From a virus: a stretch of 64,000 bases of DNA. A program made the position numbers and the translations under genes. The notes under the pieces are model-generated. The model was not told where the DNA came from. It made no database searches and saw nothing but the letters and a program-made list of their open reading frames with translations. Shown one piece after another: positions 10,701 to 20,100 of the stretch. The first letter of the stretch is position 1. Each line of letters begins with the position of its first letter. The stretch lies in IMG/VR virus record IMGVR_UViG_3300020419_000004; one strand, given 5' to 3'.

Positions 10701-13700
10701 AGAGTTACTAACTGGTGCTGGTTCTGTTGCTTCTCCATGGACTTTAAATGCCACTAAGTTCCTTGACTTTGATAATAGAGCATTTACTGGTAACTTAACT
10801 GGAATTCCTGGTATAGGAGATACCACTATTATTAGTCTACAGCATTACCTTGGAAGGATTGATAAGGTCTTTATGAACAAGGATAACATTGTTCAAGTAG
10901 TTAAAGGTGCACCTGCTACTAACCCTGCACCTCCTGATGATATTGATGATGCAATGTTATTGGCAACATTGAGATATGAACCATATGTCTTTGATGTTGA
11001 AGAAGATATAAGCATAGAAGAGACAAACTTTAAGAGATTTACATTCCGAGATATTCAAGTACTTGAAAATAGGATCAAAAATCTAGAGTACTATACTCAA
11101 CTTTCATTACTTGAAGGTGAGACTGCAGGTATGGAGATCAGAGATGCTAGTGGTCTTAGCAGATATAAGAATGGTTTCATCGTAGATAATTTCGCAAGTC
11201 TTGCTACTGCTGATACCTTACACCCTGATTATAGAGTATCTACTGACTTTGAAGAGGGTCAGATGAGACCTTCTCATTACACAACTCAGGTTCCATTAAC
11301 ATATGGTACAAGTAGTGCAAATGTACAGCAGACTGATGATATAATTACACTTCCATACACAGACGCAGTTTTAATAGACCAACCATATGCATCAGCTGTG
11401 GAAAACGTTAACCCATTTAACGTCTTTACATATGTGGGTGACATTGAACTATATCCTGAAAATGATAACTGGGTAGATACTAAATCTCTCAACCCAATCA
11501 AAGGTCCTGTTGTAGAAGGTAACTTCATGACAACAGTAAGAGAATATAACGCAGACCAGAATGGTTTCTCACCTATACAGTGGAACTCATGGAAAACTAC
11601 ATGGACAGGTAATTCTGTAACCAAAGAAACTGGGTCATGGAGAAGAAGTGGAAAGCATAGAAGAAGAAGAGATAGAACTATTACTACTACATCTACTACC
11701 ACTACAAAGCAAACTAGAAGTGGTATAAGGTTTAGAGTTACTCCTGTGATTGAGCAACAATCTCTAGGAAGTAGAGTTGTTTCTGTTGAGCATATTCAAT
11801 TTATGCGTTCTAGGAACATTGAGTTTGTATGTCAGAAACTAAAACCAAGAACTAAGTTCTATGCATTCTTTGATGGTATTACACTCGCTAAGAAACTAAT
11901 TACACCTAAGGTGATGGGATTAGTTAAGGATCCATCTACTGATGCTCAGACAAACAGTATTCCATTCCAGATTGGTGAAACAATCCACGTTAAGAAAGGA
12001 AATGGTAAGTTCAGATTTAAAGCAAGAGTAGCATCTCCTAATGAAGGATACAATATCAATCCATTAGACGGTACAGATATTACAACTATTTCTGATTATA
12101 AGTCTAACCTATCATTTATTAACATTGATACCAAATCCCTTGCTGATCAAGTAAAAGGAACCTACTATGGTTCTCCTAAGATCAATGACTACATTGTTGG
12201 TGAAACATCTGGTGCTATTGCTAAGATTAGCAATAAAGACCTAGTGACCGATAAGAAAGGTAAACTTAGAGGATCATTCTTTATTGACCAACCAAATGTT
12301 GATGGAAACGTCAAATTTAAGACTGGTACTAAACTATTCAGATTAAGTGACTCTGATAGTGATAGTAAGGTAGTTGGTATCTCAGACTCTAACGGTGAAG
12401 CAGAATTTACATCTTCTGGTTTATTAGAGACAACTCAAGAGACTATTATATCTGTAAGAAATGCGAAGGTGACATCCGAAGATATGAAGGATGCTAGAAC
12501 TGTGACTAGTGCAAGTGTATCAACTGAGACAGAGACTAGATGGTGTGACCCACTAGCACAAACATTCCTAGTTGAGGATTCAACCCTAGAGGGTGGTGTA
12601 TTCTTAACGAAGATTGATATATTCTTCTTTACTAAAGACGAAGAGATCCCTGTTGCATTAGATGTTAGAACTGTAGAAAATGGAAATCCAACACAAGATA
12701 TTTTACCATTCTCTAAAGTAGTAAAGGATCCTGAGGATGTATTTACATCTACTGATGCTTCTAAACCTACATCATTTACCTTCAAAGCACCTGTCTTCTT
12801 ACCATTCAGACAAGAACATGCAATAGTTCTTACATCTGATAGTAACCAGTATAAGGTATTCATATCATTACTTGGTAAGGATGCTATTGATGCTGCACAC
12901 TCTGGAGAGAAGATATCTGAGCAACCATATATCGGTGTGCTATTTAAGTCACAGAACGCATCTACATGGACACCATCTCAGTATGAAGACTTGATGTTCA
13001 AGATCTATAGAGCAGAGTTCACAATTCCTACTACAGCAGCAAATAGTACACTTGTACTAGAAAATGCACAGTTGGGTGAATCTAATGGTGGAGTTCTAAA
13101 TCTTAGAACCAATGCACTACAGACCACATCTGGTAGTGATGAGATAAGAATATTCCATGGTAATCATGGTCAACAGTCTGGTCTTAACTATGTTGAACTT
13201 AGTGGAGCAATCTCTGAGGTTGCAAATACTACTGTCAATGTGGGAGCTGGTTTGAGTACTACTGCTACTTCTGTAACTGTTGCTGATGCATCTCAGTTCC
13301 ACACAACTATAGGTGGTTCTGCTGTTGGTAGTTCAAATACTGGATTTATAAGGGTCGTAGGTACACAAGAGGATGGTAGTGGTGATGAGATCATTGCATA
13401 CGATAGTATTGCAGGTAATGTCATTAACTTCAATTCAACTGGTAGAAAATATTCAGGATCTTCAGGATCCTCCACTGGATTAGCACATGCTGATGGTGCA
13501 GTGGTAGAATGCTATAACCTATGCGGTATACCTCTTACATTAATCAACACAACACATAACAGTACAACTGGTGGTGTGATTTCAATCAATAGTCCTCATA
13601 GTTACAACTTGAAGATTACTAATAAGAATGCTGGTAAGAGTATTAACTGTGGAGGTCCTAACCTCACAGTATCCCAGAACGTACCATGGGATGTCCTTAC

Positions 13701-14418
13701 ACCACAGATACAAAGTCAGGTAGAACCTATGACAAGCATTGTTGCTAGAGTCAAGGGTACTAGTGGAACCTCATGTGGTCCTTTCCCAGTTGGCGAGAGT
13801 GCAGAAACATCATTTACTAAGGACAGCAACTGGCAAGACATTACTATTGCTGAGGAGAACTACTTCCCAGACACTAAGATCATTGCTAACCAGTTGAATG
13901 AGATTAATAGAATGAGTAGTGCTAAATCATTTACTATGGAACTTAACCTCAGTACTGAGGTAACTCACCTATCTCCTGTCATTGATCTAACTCAGTGTGC
14001 TATTATTACTACTGCGAACCAGTATAATAACATCGAACCTACTTCAGGTATTGGTGGAGAGTGTGCTGCTAACTATATTACTAAGGTGGCAAGACTAGAG
14101 AAGAGTGCTAGTGGTATCAAGGTCATGCTTGCTGCTAATACATTCAATCAATCCAAGATCGTAGTGATGTACAAGTTGGTTCCAGTTGGTTTTGCAGGTA
14201 ACCTTGATGATCTAGAATTCACATTCTTTAACAGCACAGGTAGACCAGATAGCGGTGAGTTAGTTCCTCAGAACGACTTAACCACATTTACTGACTATGA
14301 GTTCACTGTTGAGGACACTGATGACTTCGATGCATTCCAGATCAAAATCAGTCTGCTCAGTTGGAGGCAACCATACATACCTAGAGTAAAAGACTTTAGA
14401 GCGATAGCGTTGGCATAA
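7732..14418 (+). CDS. VrlC-like / DUF4815 large virion structural protein
   Basis: 2228 aa. N-terminal NLNIAPYYDDFD...VLFKPGYPVQARELTTLQS, APGADRFKI, RYKNGFIVDNF and DPLAQTF motifs. Follows gp8 as in cyanomyoviruses. Confidence 0.8.
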   Translation: MAQNTNLNIAPYYDDFDQSKGFLKVLFKPGYPVQARELTTLQSVLQNQIDTFGTGVYKEGSMVVPGGITLNNDVACVIIQNTYLNLDVELYRTALDGLVIKGSTSGVRARILFSISATTSTKNNITFYVNYLQKATDNTTSYFSDGETFTCETDFTYASTTIAAGTPIAQLLNSNSNSRGSTASVGSGTYYVRGYFVPVNEQTLILDQYGTSPSYKVGLKVEERIITADEDATLYDNAIGSTNFSAPGADRFKINLSLVKKAVTDPNAADFIELLRTDTGKIQKKVERSTLGFINDVLATRTKEESGNYYVKKFTIDARENLDDGFNNGVFASGSTTSDGNTPSESNIAVQLSGGSAYISGYRTERLSTSYKDVEKPRTFDTVVNQSLTSDFGNYVFMTNQHQAPTIYETIELRDTVTTTPGSPAGTVIGLARSLNFYHESGAYNNQETVYRTYLSDTQLFTKITLTGSGTWTNGRKVYGATSGATGFCRSGSGTTGYLYQTNGTFVAGEDLKVNNAGGAAHGTIAAGGVRAYNFSDVKSYAFSSGGGTADAVMDVRVALPGSGPIISGQSGSGTSQTATITATLSNFNTQLKVGDLVEFSNNGIAHKCSVTAVTSGSVFTVQKAEAGAGNMANGAINGSVVRSRPEIKEATKKKLLTPLGFEALKNTNNNNSQNPAGYYRMSVTGVSVSGGAATVDVGSGLLIKNADSGDDFVVSVTSGTGDGDILKEGDFTTGNPSVNTQSVALGGLCGGGSGTIDVTVTVYSSNRSAKAKTTERMKILKIDKTTVSGSPNGLTTATTGNGYRVDDDRIALGTGDVFKVKAVYESVNQSDPQLPQFTYTNLLGTLSVDEVITGDTSGSRARIISTTSNIVYFIPVEDDVFTDGETITAPNATLKITTGGLVKGATDITDSFDLDDGQRDQYYDYSTLTRKAGYSAPTHRIYVIVDRFLTTAGVNPYTVDSYSTSEYKIIPEFDTGNLRDVIDFRPIVAELLTGAGSVASPWTLNATKFLDFDNRAFTGNLTGIPGIGDTTIISLQHYLGRIDKVFMNKDNIVQVVKGAPATNPAPPDDIDDAMLLATLRYEPYVFDVEEDISIEETNFKRFTFRDIQVLENRIKNLEYYTQLSLLEGETAGMEIRDASGLSRYKNGFIVDNFASLATADTLHPDYRVSTDFEEGQMRPSHYTTQVPLTYGTSSANVQQTDDIITLPYTDAVLIDQPYASAVENVNPFNVFTYVGDIELYPENDNWVDTKSLNPIKGPVVEGNFMTTVREYNADQNGFSPIQWNSWKTTWTGNSVTKETGSWRRSGKHRRRRDRTITTTSTTTTKQTRSGIRFRVTPVIEQQSLGSRVVSVEHIQFMRSRNIEFVCQKLKPRTKFYAFFDGITLAKKLITPKVMGLVKDPSTDAQTNSIPFQIGETIHVKKGNGKFRFKARVASPNEGYNINPLDGTDITTISDYKSNLSFINIDTKSLADQVKGTYYGSPKINDYIVGETSGAIAKISNKDLVTDKKGKLRGSFFIDQPNVDGNVKFKTGTKLFRLSDSDSDSKVVGISDSNGEAEFTSSGLLETTQETIISVRNAKVTSEDMKDARTVTSASVSTETETRWCDPLAQTFLVEDSTLEGGVFLTKIDIFFFTKDEEIPVALDVRTVENGNPTQDILPFSKVVKDPEDVFTSTDASKPTSFTFKAPVFLPFRQEHAIVLTSDSNQYKVFISLLGKDAIDAAHSGEKISEQPYIGVLFKSQNASTWTPSQYEDLMFKIYRAEFTIPTTAANSTLVLENAQLGESNGGVLNLRTNALQTTSGSDEIRIFHGNHGQQSGLNYVELSGAISEVANTTVNVGAGLSTTATSVTVADASQFHTTIGGSAVGSSNTGFIRVVGTQEDGSGDEIIAYDSIAGNVINFNSTGRKYSGSSGSSTGLAHADGAVVECYNLCGIPLTLINTTHNSTTGGVISINSPHSYNLKITNKNAGKSINCGGPNLTVSQNVPWDVLTPQIQSQVEPMTSIVARVKGTSGTSCGPFPVGESAETSFTKDSNWQDITIAEENYFPDTKIIANQLNEINRMSSAKSFTMELNLSTEVTHLSPVIDLTQCAIITTANQYNNIEPTSGIGGECAANYITKVARLEKSASGIKVMLAANTFNQSKIVVMYKLVPVGFAGNLDDLEFTFFNSTGRPDSGELVPQNDLTTFTDYEFTVEDTDDFDAFQIKISLLSWRQPYIPRVKDFRAIALA

Positions 14419-14642
14419 TGGACAAAGATATAATTGAACTGATCCCTGTCGAAGGACATAACCAACTTGGTAGGGATCCAAATTCTAATGCAATTGTGAA
14501 TACTGACTTAACTGCGTACGAGTCTTATAAGAAAGCACGTGCAGAAGCTAAGCGAAAAGCAACAGAAATGGAGGATTTGAAGGGTGAAGTTGCCGAATTG
14601 AAGAGTCTTGTGAAGAGGTTGATTGAGAAAGAAGATAAATAA
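14418..14642 (+). CDS. Small hypothetical protein with C-terminal coiled coil
   Basis: 74 aa, TAATG-coupled to the upstream gene; heptad pattern MEDLKGEVAELKSLVKRLIE. Confidence 0.8.
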   Translation: MDKDIIELIPVEGHNQLGRDPNSNAIVNTDLTAYESYKKARAEAKRKATEMEDLKGEVAELKSLVKRLIEKEDK

Positions 14643-14656
14643 AGTTAAGCTAAATA
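14635..14656 (+). promoter_or_regulatory. Two late-promoter-like motifs (ATAAATA 14635-14641; CTAAATA 14650-14656)
   Basis: TAAATA cores at a gene junction, 17-32 nt before ATG 14673. Confidence 0.6.
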
Positions 14657-14672
14657 ATATAGTTGTAAAAGA

Positions 14673-15011
14673 ATGGCTAGTGCTGTATCCAATTTACTGA
14701 TATATCAGGGTTCTGACTTCATCATCGACTTCACTATTGAAAACGATAATGGGACAGTATTCAATTTGACTGGATATACAGTAGCATGTAAAATCAAAAA
14801 GCATTACACAAGTAGTACGTCCACTACTGTAACTGCTGCAGTTCTTTCACCTGCAACCAGTGGGCAGATTCAATTATCTCTCACAAACGGACAAACGGCC
14901 GCAATGAAGTCAGGTCGTTATGTATATGATGTCGTTATCACAGCAACGTCTGGTGTAAAATCCAGAGTGCTGGAAGGTTCTGTCAGCGTACTTGAGGGGG
15001 TAACTATCTAA
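14673..15011 (+). CDS. Small beta-sandwich structural protein (BppU-N-like)
   Basis: 112 aa; IYQGSDF...FNLTGYT...GQIQLSL...GRYVYDV...RVLEG pattern. Family call from recall only. Confidence 0.65.
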   Translation: MASAVSNLLIYQGSDFIIDFTIENDNGTVFNLTGYTVACKIKKHYTSSTSTTVTAAVLSPATSGQIQLSLTNGQTAAMKSGRYVYDVVITATSGVKSRVLEGSVSVLEGVTI

Positions 15012-15232
15012 TGGCAAGACTAAGATTTGGAGATCAATCAGTTCCAAGAGTAACACGAGTCGCCACAGGTGGTGGTGGAGGTACTATTGGAGGAATGTCT
15101 GATGTAGATCTTACAGACGTATCTCAAGGAGGACTAGCCGACGGTTCAGTGCTAGTGTATTCTGCTGCAGACACAAAATTTGTTCCAACGAACGTATTAA
15201 ACAACATCACTATCAATGGGGGTAGCTTCTGA
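15011..15232 (+). CDS. Small fibre-associated protein
   Basis: 73 aa, 1-nt stop/start overlaps at both ends; fibre-type SDV...GSVLVY...KF motif; ends INGGSF. Confidence 0.7.
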   Translation: MARLRFGDQSVPRVTRVATGGGGGTIGGMSDVDLTDVSQGGLADGSVLVYSAADTKFVPTNVLNNITINGGSF

Positions 15233-16917
15233 TGGCTTCAAATATACTCATAAAAAGGAGTACTGGTTCAACCGCACCAGGCAGTATTACTTACGGTGAA
15301 TTAGCCGTAACAACAGGTGCTAATGGTACCCAAGCAAACGCAGGTGACCGTGTATTTGTCGGAGACAATAACGGTGCTGCTCAGGTTGTGGGTGGTAGAT
15401 ACTTCACAGATCTACTAGATCATGTCCATGGAACTATTACCGCAAGTTCTGCTGTACTTCTAGACAGCAACTTAAAAGTTGATAACTGGAATGTTGATGA
15501 CATTAACCTAAATGCTAACGTCATTACTACTTCCACAACTGACTCTGACCTTGTTTTCCGTGCAAATGGCACAGGTAAACTGGTAATTGAAGATGGTCAG
15601 GAACTAGAATTTGGAACTACAGGTGATGTAGAATTTGTATTTAACGACTCTGATGCTGTTGTAGACATCAAGCGTGTAGCAGGTACCCCCGACTTGCGTA
15701 TCGCTGATGACATGAAGCTTCACTTCGGTAATACAAAGGATGCTTCCATATACTATGATGAGACAACTTCTGACAAAATCCAAGTAGAGGGTGCAGATTG
15801 GAACTATGCTGTCGGTGTTACTGCAAGTTATGCAGATACAACTGATGCTTCCAACGTAGCAACTGCATCTGTAACCTTTGCTGGTGGTATTGGTATTTCA
15901 GCAACCACATGGACTAAAGACCTTAAGGTTGATGACAACACAACTCTTGGTACTGCTAATACAGACATATTGACTGTTAATGCAACAACTACCTTTCAGA
16001 ATGGTGTAACCTTTAATGGTCAAACAAATATCTCTGGTAGCACACAGCAGACTGGTGATATTCAGATTGATAACCTTAAGTTAGATGGTAACACACTATC
16101 TACTATTAATAGTATACAAGAATTGATTATTGACCCATTTCCTGCAGGTGGAGACGCTGATGGATTGGTCATAATTAAAGGTGACCTTCAAATTGATGGT
16201 ACAACAACGACTGTTAACAGTGCTTCAATGTCTGTTAATGATCCTACCATTGAGTTGGCTGATCCTACTACACCTGTCACAGTTAAAACTCTTGCTACCT
16301 TTGCAGGTAACGCAACAGTTGATGTTATACTTGACACTGTAGAGCAATTACAAGTAGGTAATTCAATTACTGGTACTGGTATTCCTGGTGGAACTACAAT
16401 CTCTGCTATCAATACAGGTACAAAAACTATTACACTTAGTGCAGCAATTACTGCTGACCAAGTTGTAGGTGCTACCCTAGTATCAGTTAGGGGTGCTGAT
16501 GATGCAATGGATCGTGGTGTTAAAATCCACTACAATGCTTCTGGAACTAATAAGTTTGGTTTCTTTGGTTATGACCGTACAGGTGGTAACGATGGAGCAG
16601 GTGCATGGACATTCATTGAAGATGCAACTGACACTGGAACAGTTTTCGGTGTAACTGGAAACCGTGGTACAGTTGTATTGGGTGATCTTGAATTAGATAC
16701 CGACCTCGCAGTTCAATACGGTGGTTCTGGTGCTAGTTCATTTAATACAAATGGTATCATCTATGGTAATGGCACAGGTGCCTTACAAGTAACTGAGGCT
16801 GCTAATATGGCATCTCCTGGTACTACACCTGACATGGCCGAATCTTATCAAATTTTAACCGTAACCTCTGGTGGTGTTCCCGTATGGACGAACACGATCG
16901 ACGGGGGTACCTTTTAG
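15232..16917 (+). CDS. Tail fibre protein with Mtd-N-like N-terminal anchor
   Basis: 561 aa; MASNILIKRSTGSTAPGSITYGELAV, GDLQIDGTTTTVNS, GFFGYD; ends IDGGTF. Confidence 0.75.
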   Translation: MASNILIKRSTGSTAPGSITYGELAVTTGANGTQANAGDRVFVGDNNGAAQVVGGRYFTDLLDHVHGTITASSAVLLDSNLKVDNWNVDDINLNANVITTSTTDSDLVFRANGTGKLVIEDGQELEFGTTGDVEFVFNDSDAVVDIKRVAGTPDLRIADDMKLHFGNTKDASIYYDETTSDKIQVEGADWNYAVGVTASYADTTDASNVATASVTFAGGIGISATTWTKDLKVDDNTTLGTANTDILTVNATTTFQNGVTFNGQTNISGSTQQTGDIQIDNLKLDGNTLSTINSIQELIIDPFPAGGDADGLVIIKGDLQIDGTTTTVNSASMSVNDPTIELADPTTPVTVKTLATFAGNATVDVILDTVEQLQVGNSITGTGIPGGTTISAINTGTKTITLSAAITADQVVGATLVSVRGADDAMDRGVKIHYNASGTNKFGFFGYDRTGGNDGAGAWTFIEDATDTGTVFGVTGNRGTVVLGDLELDTDLAVQYGGSGASSFNTNGIIYGNGTGALQVTEAANMASPGTTPDMAESYQILTVTSGGVPVWTNTIDGGTF

Positions 16918-16928
16918 ATTAAATTAAA

Positions 16929-17132
16929 ATGAACGCACAAATTGTTATTTCTAGATTACAAAGAAAAGTATCTGAATTGACCCTTATTAACGTGATGCTG
17001 GAAGCACAGATTGAAGACCTGCAAACCCAGTTAAATAGTATAAACGAACAACCTAGTGATGCTCAAGTAGATGGCAACGAGAATCAAACTCAAGAGATCG
17101 ACAACAGCGACGACAGTCCCGACGACTTCTAA
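16929..17132 (+). CDS. Small coiled-coil protein with acidic tail
   Basis: 67 aa; heptads LQRKVSELTLINVMLEAQIEDLQTQL; last 62 nt overlap the next gene. Confidence 0.65.
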   Translation: MNAQIVISRLQRKVSELTLINVMLEAQIEDLQTQLNSINEQPSDAQVDGNENQTQEIDNSDDSPDDF

Positions 17133-20100
17133 TTTAGAAGACGGTGAAGTCGCGGTTAATATAGCCGATCAAAAATTATACGCCAGAAATGGTGCAGCGA
17201 TAGTCGAAATTGCGAACCAGAAACCGAATGTCGGTGAGGTGACTACTGCTATGTTGGCAACGGACATTACGAACGGTGCTGGTAACACATGGTTCGTTAA
17301 CAAGTCTGGTTCTGACGTTACTACATTATCAAACTCTGGTGCGAATGGTAAGCATTCAGATTCTTCGTTCCTTACAATCGCTAAAGCACTTACTGTAGCA
17401 CAGTCTGGAGACACTATATTAGTGGGTGTTGGAGAGTTCCAAGAAGTATTTCCCCTAGCAATTCCTGATGGTGTAACTCTACGTGGTACTAATCTACGTT
17501 CAACTCAAATAACTCCTACATCTGGAACTAAAACTAATAACGCAATGACGTTATCAGGAGATTGCCACGTCTCTGATATTACAATTAAAGGTTTTGAATA
17601 CGCTAGTGGTGCCGATACAGGATATGCATTCGTTCTAGTATCAACAGTTAATTCAGAAAAAAGTCCATATATTGAAAGAGTAACAGTAGCAACTAAAGGT
17701 AGTGTAACTTCTGCATCAGATCCCTATGGATTTAACCAAGGAGATGCAGGACGTGGTGCTAAATTAGATGGTGCATTAATAAATTCTGCTTCACAGCATG
17801 CTGCAGTGCTCTTTAACGAGTGTACTTTCATCACACCTAACCAAGTTGGTCTTTTACTGACTAATGGTATTCGTTGTGAGTGGTTAAATTGCTTTAACTA
17901 TTTTGCATCTATTGGTATACAAGGTATCCAAGGTGCTACAGGTAAGTATGGAGCAGGTCAAACAAGATTAAAACTAGGTGGTACAAGTGGTACTTTCTCT
18001 GCTGCTGAGGTAATATATCAGTTAGAGGATGGTTTCCAGTCAGGTACATATACTAGATCAGGAACTACTGTCACTCTAACAAGAACTGGACACGGTTTAG
18101 TCACTAACGACTACATCTATGCAGACTTTATCAGTGGTGGTGCTACAGATAACTTCTATCAAGTTACTAAAGTAGACAATAACGTTGTTACATTTAGTGA
18201 TAGTGCATCTGGAACTATAGCAGCTGGTAACGTAACTTATAAGAAAGCAGTTGGTCGTGGTGTTATTGCTTCTAATGATGGTACTTACCTCTATGTTAAT
18301 GGTAAGGGAAGTGGGATATTCACAACTGCACTCAAACCAGTAAAGGTATTAAGTAGATTTGGTGACACCCAAATTGACACTGCACAAAAGAAATTTGGTT
18401 CAGGTTCACTACTACTTGACGGTACGCAAGATAATTTAAAAGTTCCTGACGATACAGACTTCGGATTTGGTACTGCAAACTTCTGTCTAGAGGCATTCAT
18501 ACGTCCAGCTAGTGTTACTGGCATACAGCATATATTTGACCTCAGAAACGCTTCTGCTACAGACACAGCAGGTAAACTTTACTTAAATGGTACTGCACTA
18601 CATTACGGTGTAGGTAACGCATCTACTCGTACTGGTGGTACTCTATCTACAGGTACATGGTATCATGTTGCTGTTGCAAGAAATGCTGGAACTACTAAGT
18701 TATTCTTAGATGGTGTAGAATTAGCAACTGGTGCTGATACAAATGACTATGGAACTACAAAACCTGTTGTCATAGGTTCAGACTATCAGGCATCTCCAGC
18801 TGAAGCATTTAATGGACATATTGATGAGGTAAGAATTAGTAAGGGTGCTGCTAGATTTACTGGTGCATTTACTCCCACTACAGGTGCATACGTTTCAGAT
18901 AATAATACTGTACTACTATTACATGCTAATGGTGACGATGCTTCAACAACATTCACTGATGAATCTGGTGGAACATCTGATATTAGATCAAATGGTGGAG
19001 ACAGTGCTACTCAGGTAACAACTGCTGACTACTCTGCATTTGGTGCTGAGTTGCGTTCAGTTGCTTCTGCATGTGTATATGGTAGTAAAGGTGTACAGGC
19101 AGATGGATCTGGTGTAAAACTCTTATTGACTGCACATAACTTTGCTTATGTTGGTGCTAATGCTGACTATACCAATGACCCCTCACTTGCTATTCAGGCA
19201 AACGAAGTAGAAGAACTGAATAGTGGTAAAGTATTATACTCATCAACTGACCAAGACGGTGACTTCCGTGTTGGTGATGCTTTCACAGTTGATCAAGCAA
19301 CTGGTAACGTTCAGTTCCAAGCAACATCTACCGCCCAGTCTGCTGCCAACATCACCTTGAGTGATGGAACTGGTACTACTAACATCTATCCTGCATACGT
19401 TGAAACAGGTAACTTACGATTAGCAGGTAATAGTCTTACATCTACGTCAGGTAAGATCATCCTCGACCCTGCAGGTGACGAAGATATTCAGCTAAATGGT
19501 CAGGTTATTGCTCCAGAAAATATCTACTTTGCTTCAAATAGACTAGCATCTTTCCTAGGTACTGGTAACTCTTCTGTTGCGTTCACAGTTGGTACTTATG
19601 CACAAGCAGGTTTCTCCTCTTTTGGTATCTTCTCGAATAAGAACTTTGGTGTTAACAAGAAATCTCTTAACGAAACCACTGGTGTTACAATCACCAACGA
19701 AGGTTCAGGTTATACACCAGGTGCATATAGTGCTGCAACCTTATCAAACCCAGATCTAGTTGCTACAGCAACTGCAACCCTTGCAACTGATGGTTTAATT
19801 GGTACTATTACCATCACTAATGCAGGTTCTTTATATACTACATCTCCTACTGTAACCGCATCCCCTACACCATCATCAGGTATCACAACCTTCCTAACTT
19901 CTCTAGAGAGTGGTGGTAAGGTAGCAATCATTGCTGTACCAGGTGGATCAGGTGGATCAGGATACACATCACCTACAGGAATATTTACTGCACCTCCTAA
20001 CAGAGAATTTGATGCTAATACTTCTATTGCTAACAACGCTATAACATTTACTAATACATTCCTAAGCAATGGTGACAAATGTGTTTACGATAATAATGGT

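Noticed and set aside
17031-17037. TTAAATA as a promoter for the 2448-aa gene
   Set aside because: Spacing is plausible, but this variant is not seen at other junctions and lies in AT-rich coding sequence.
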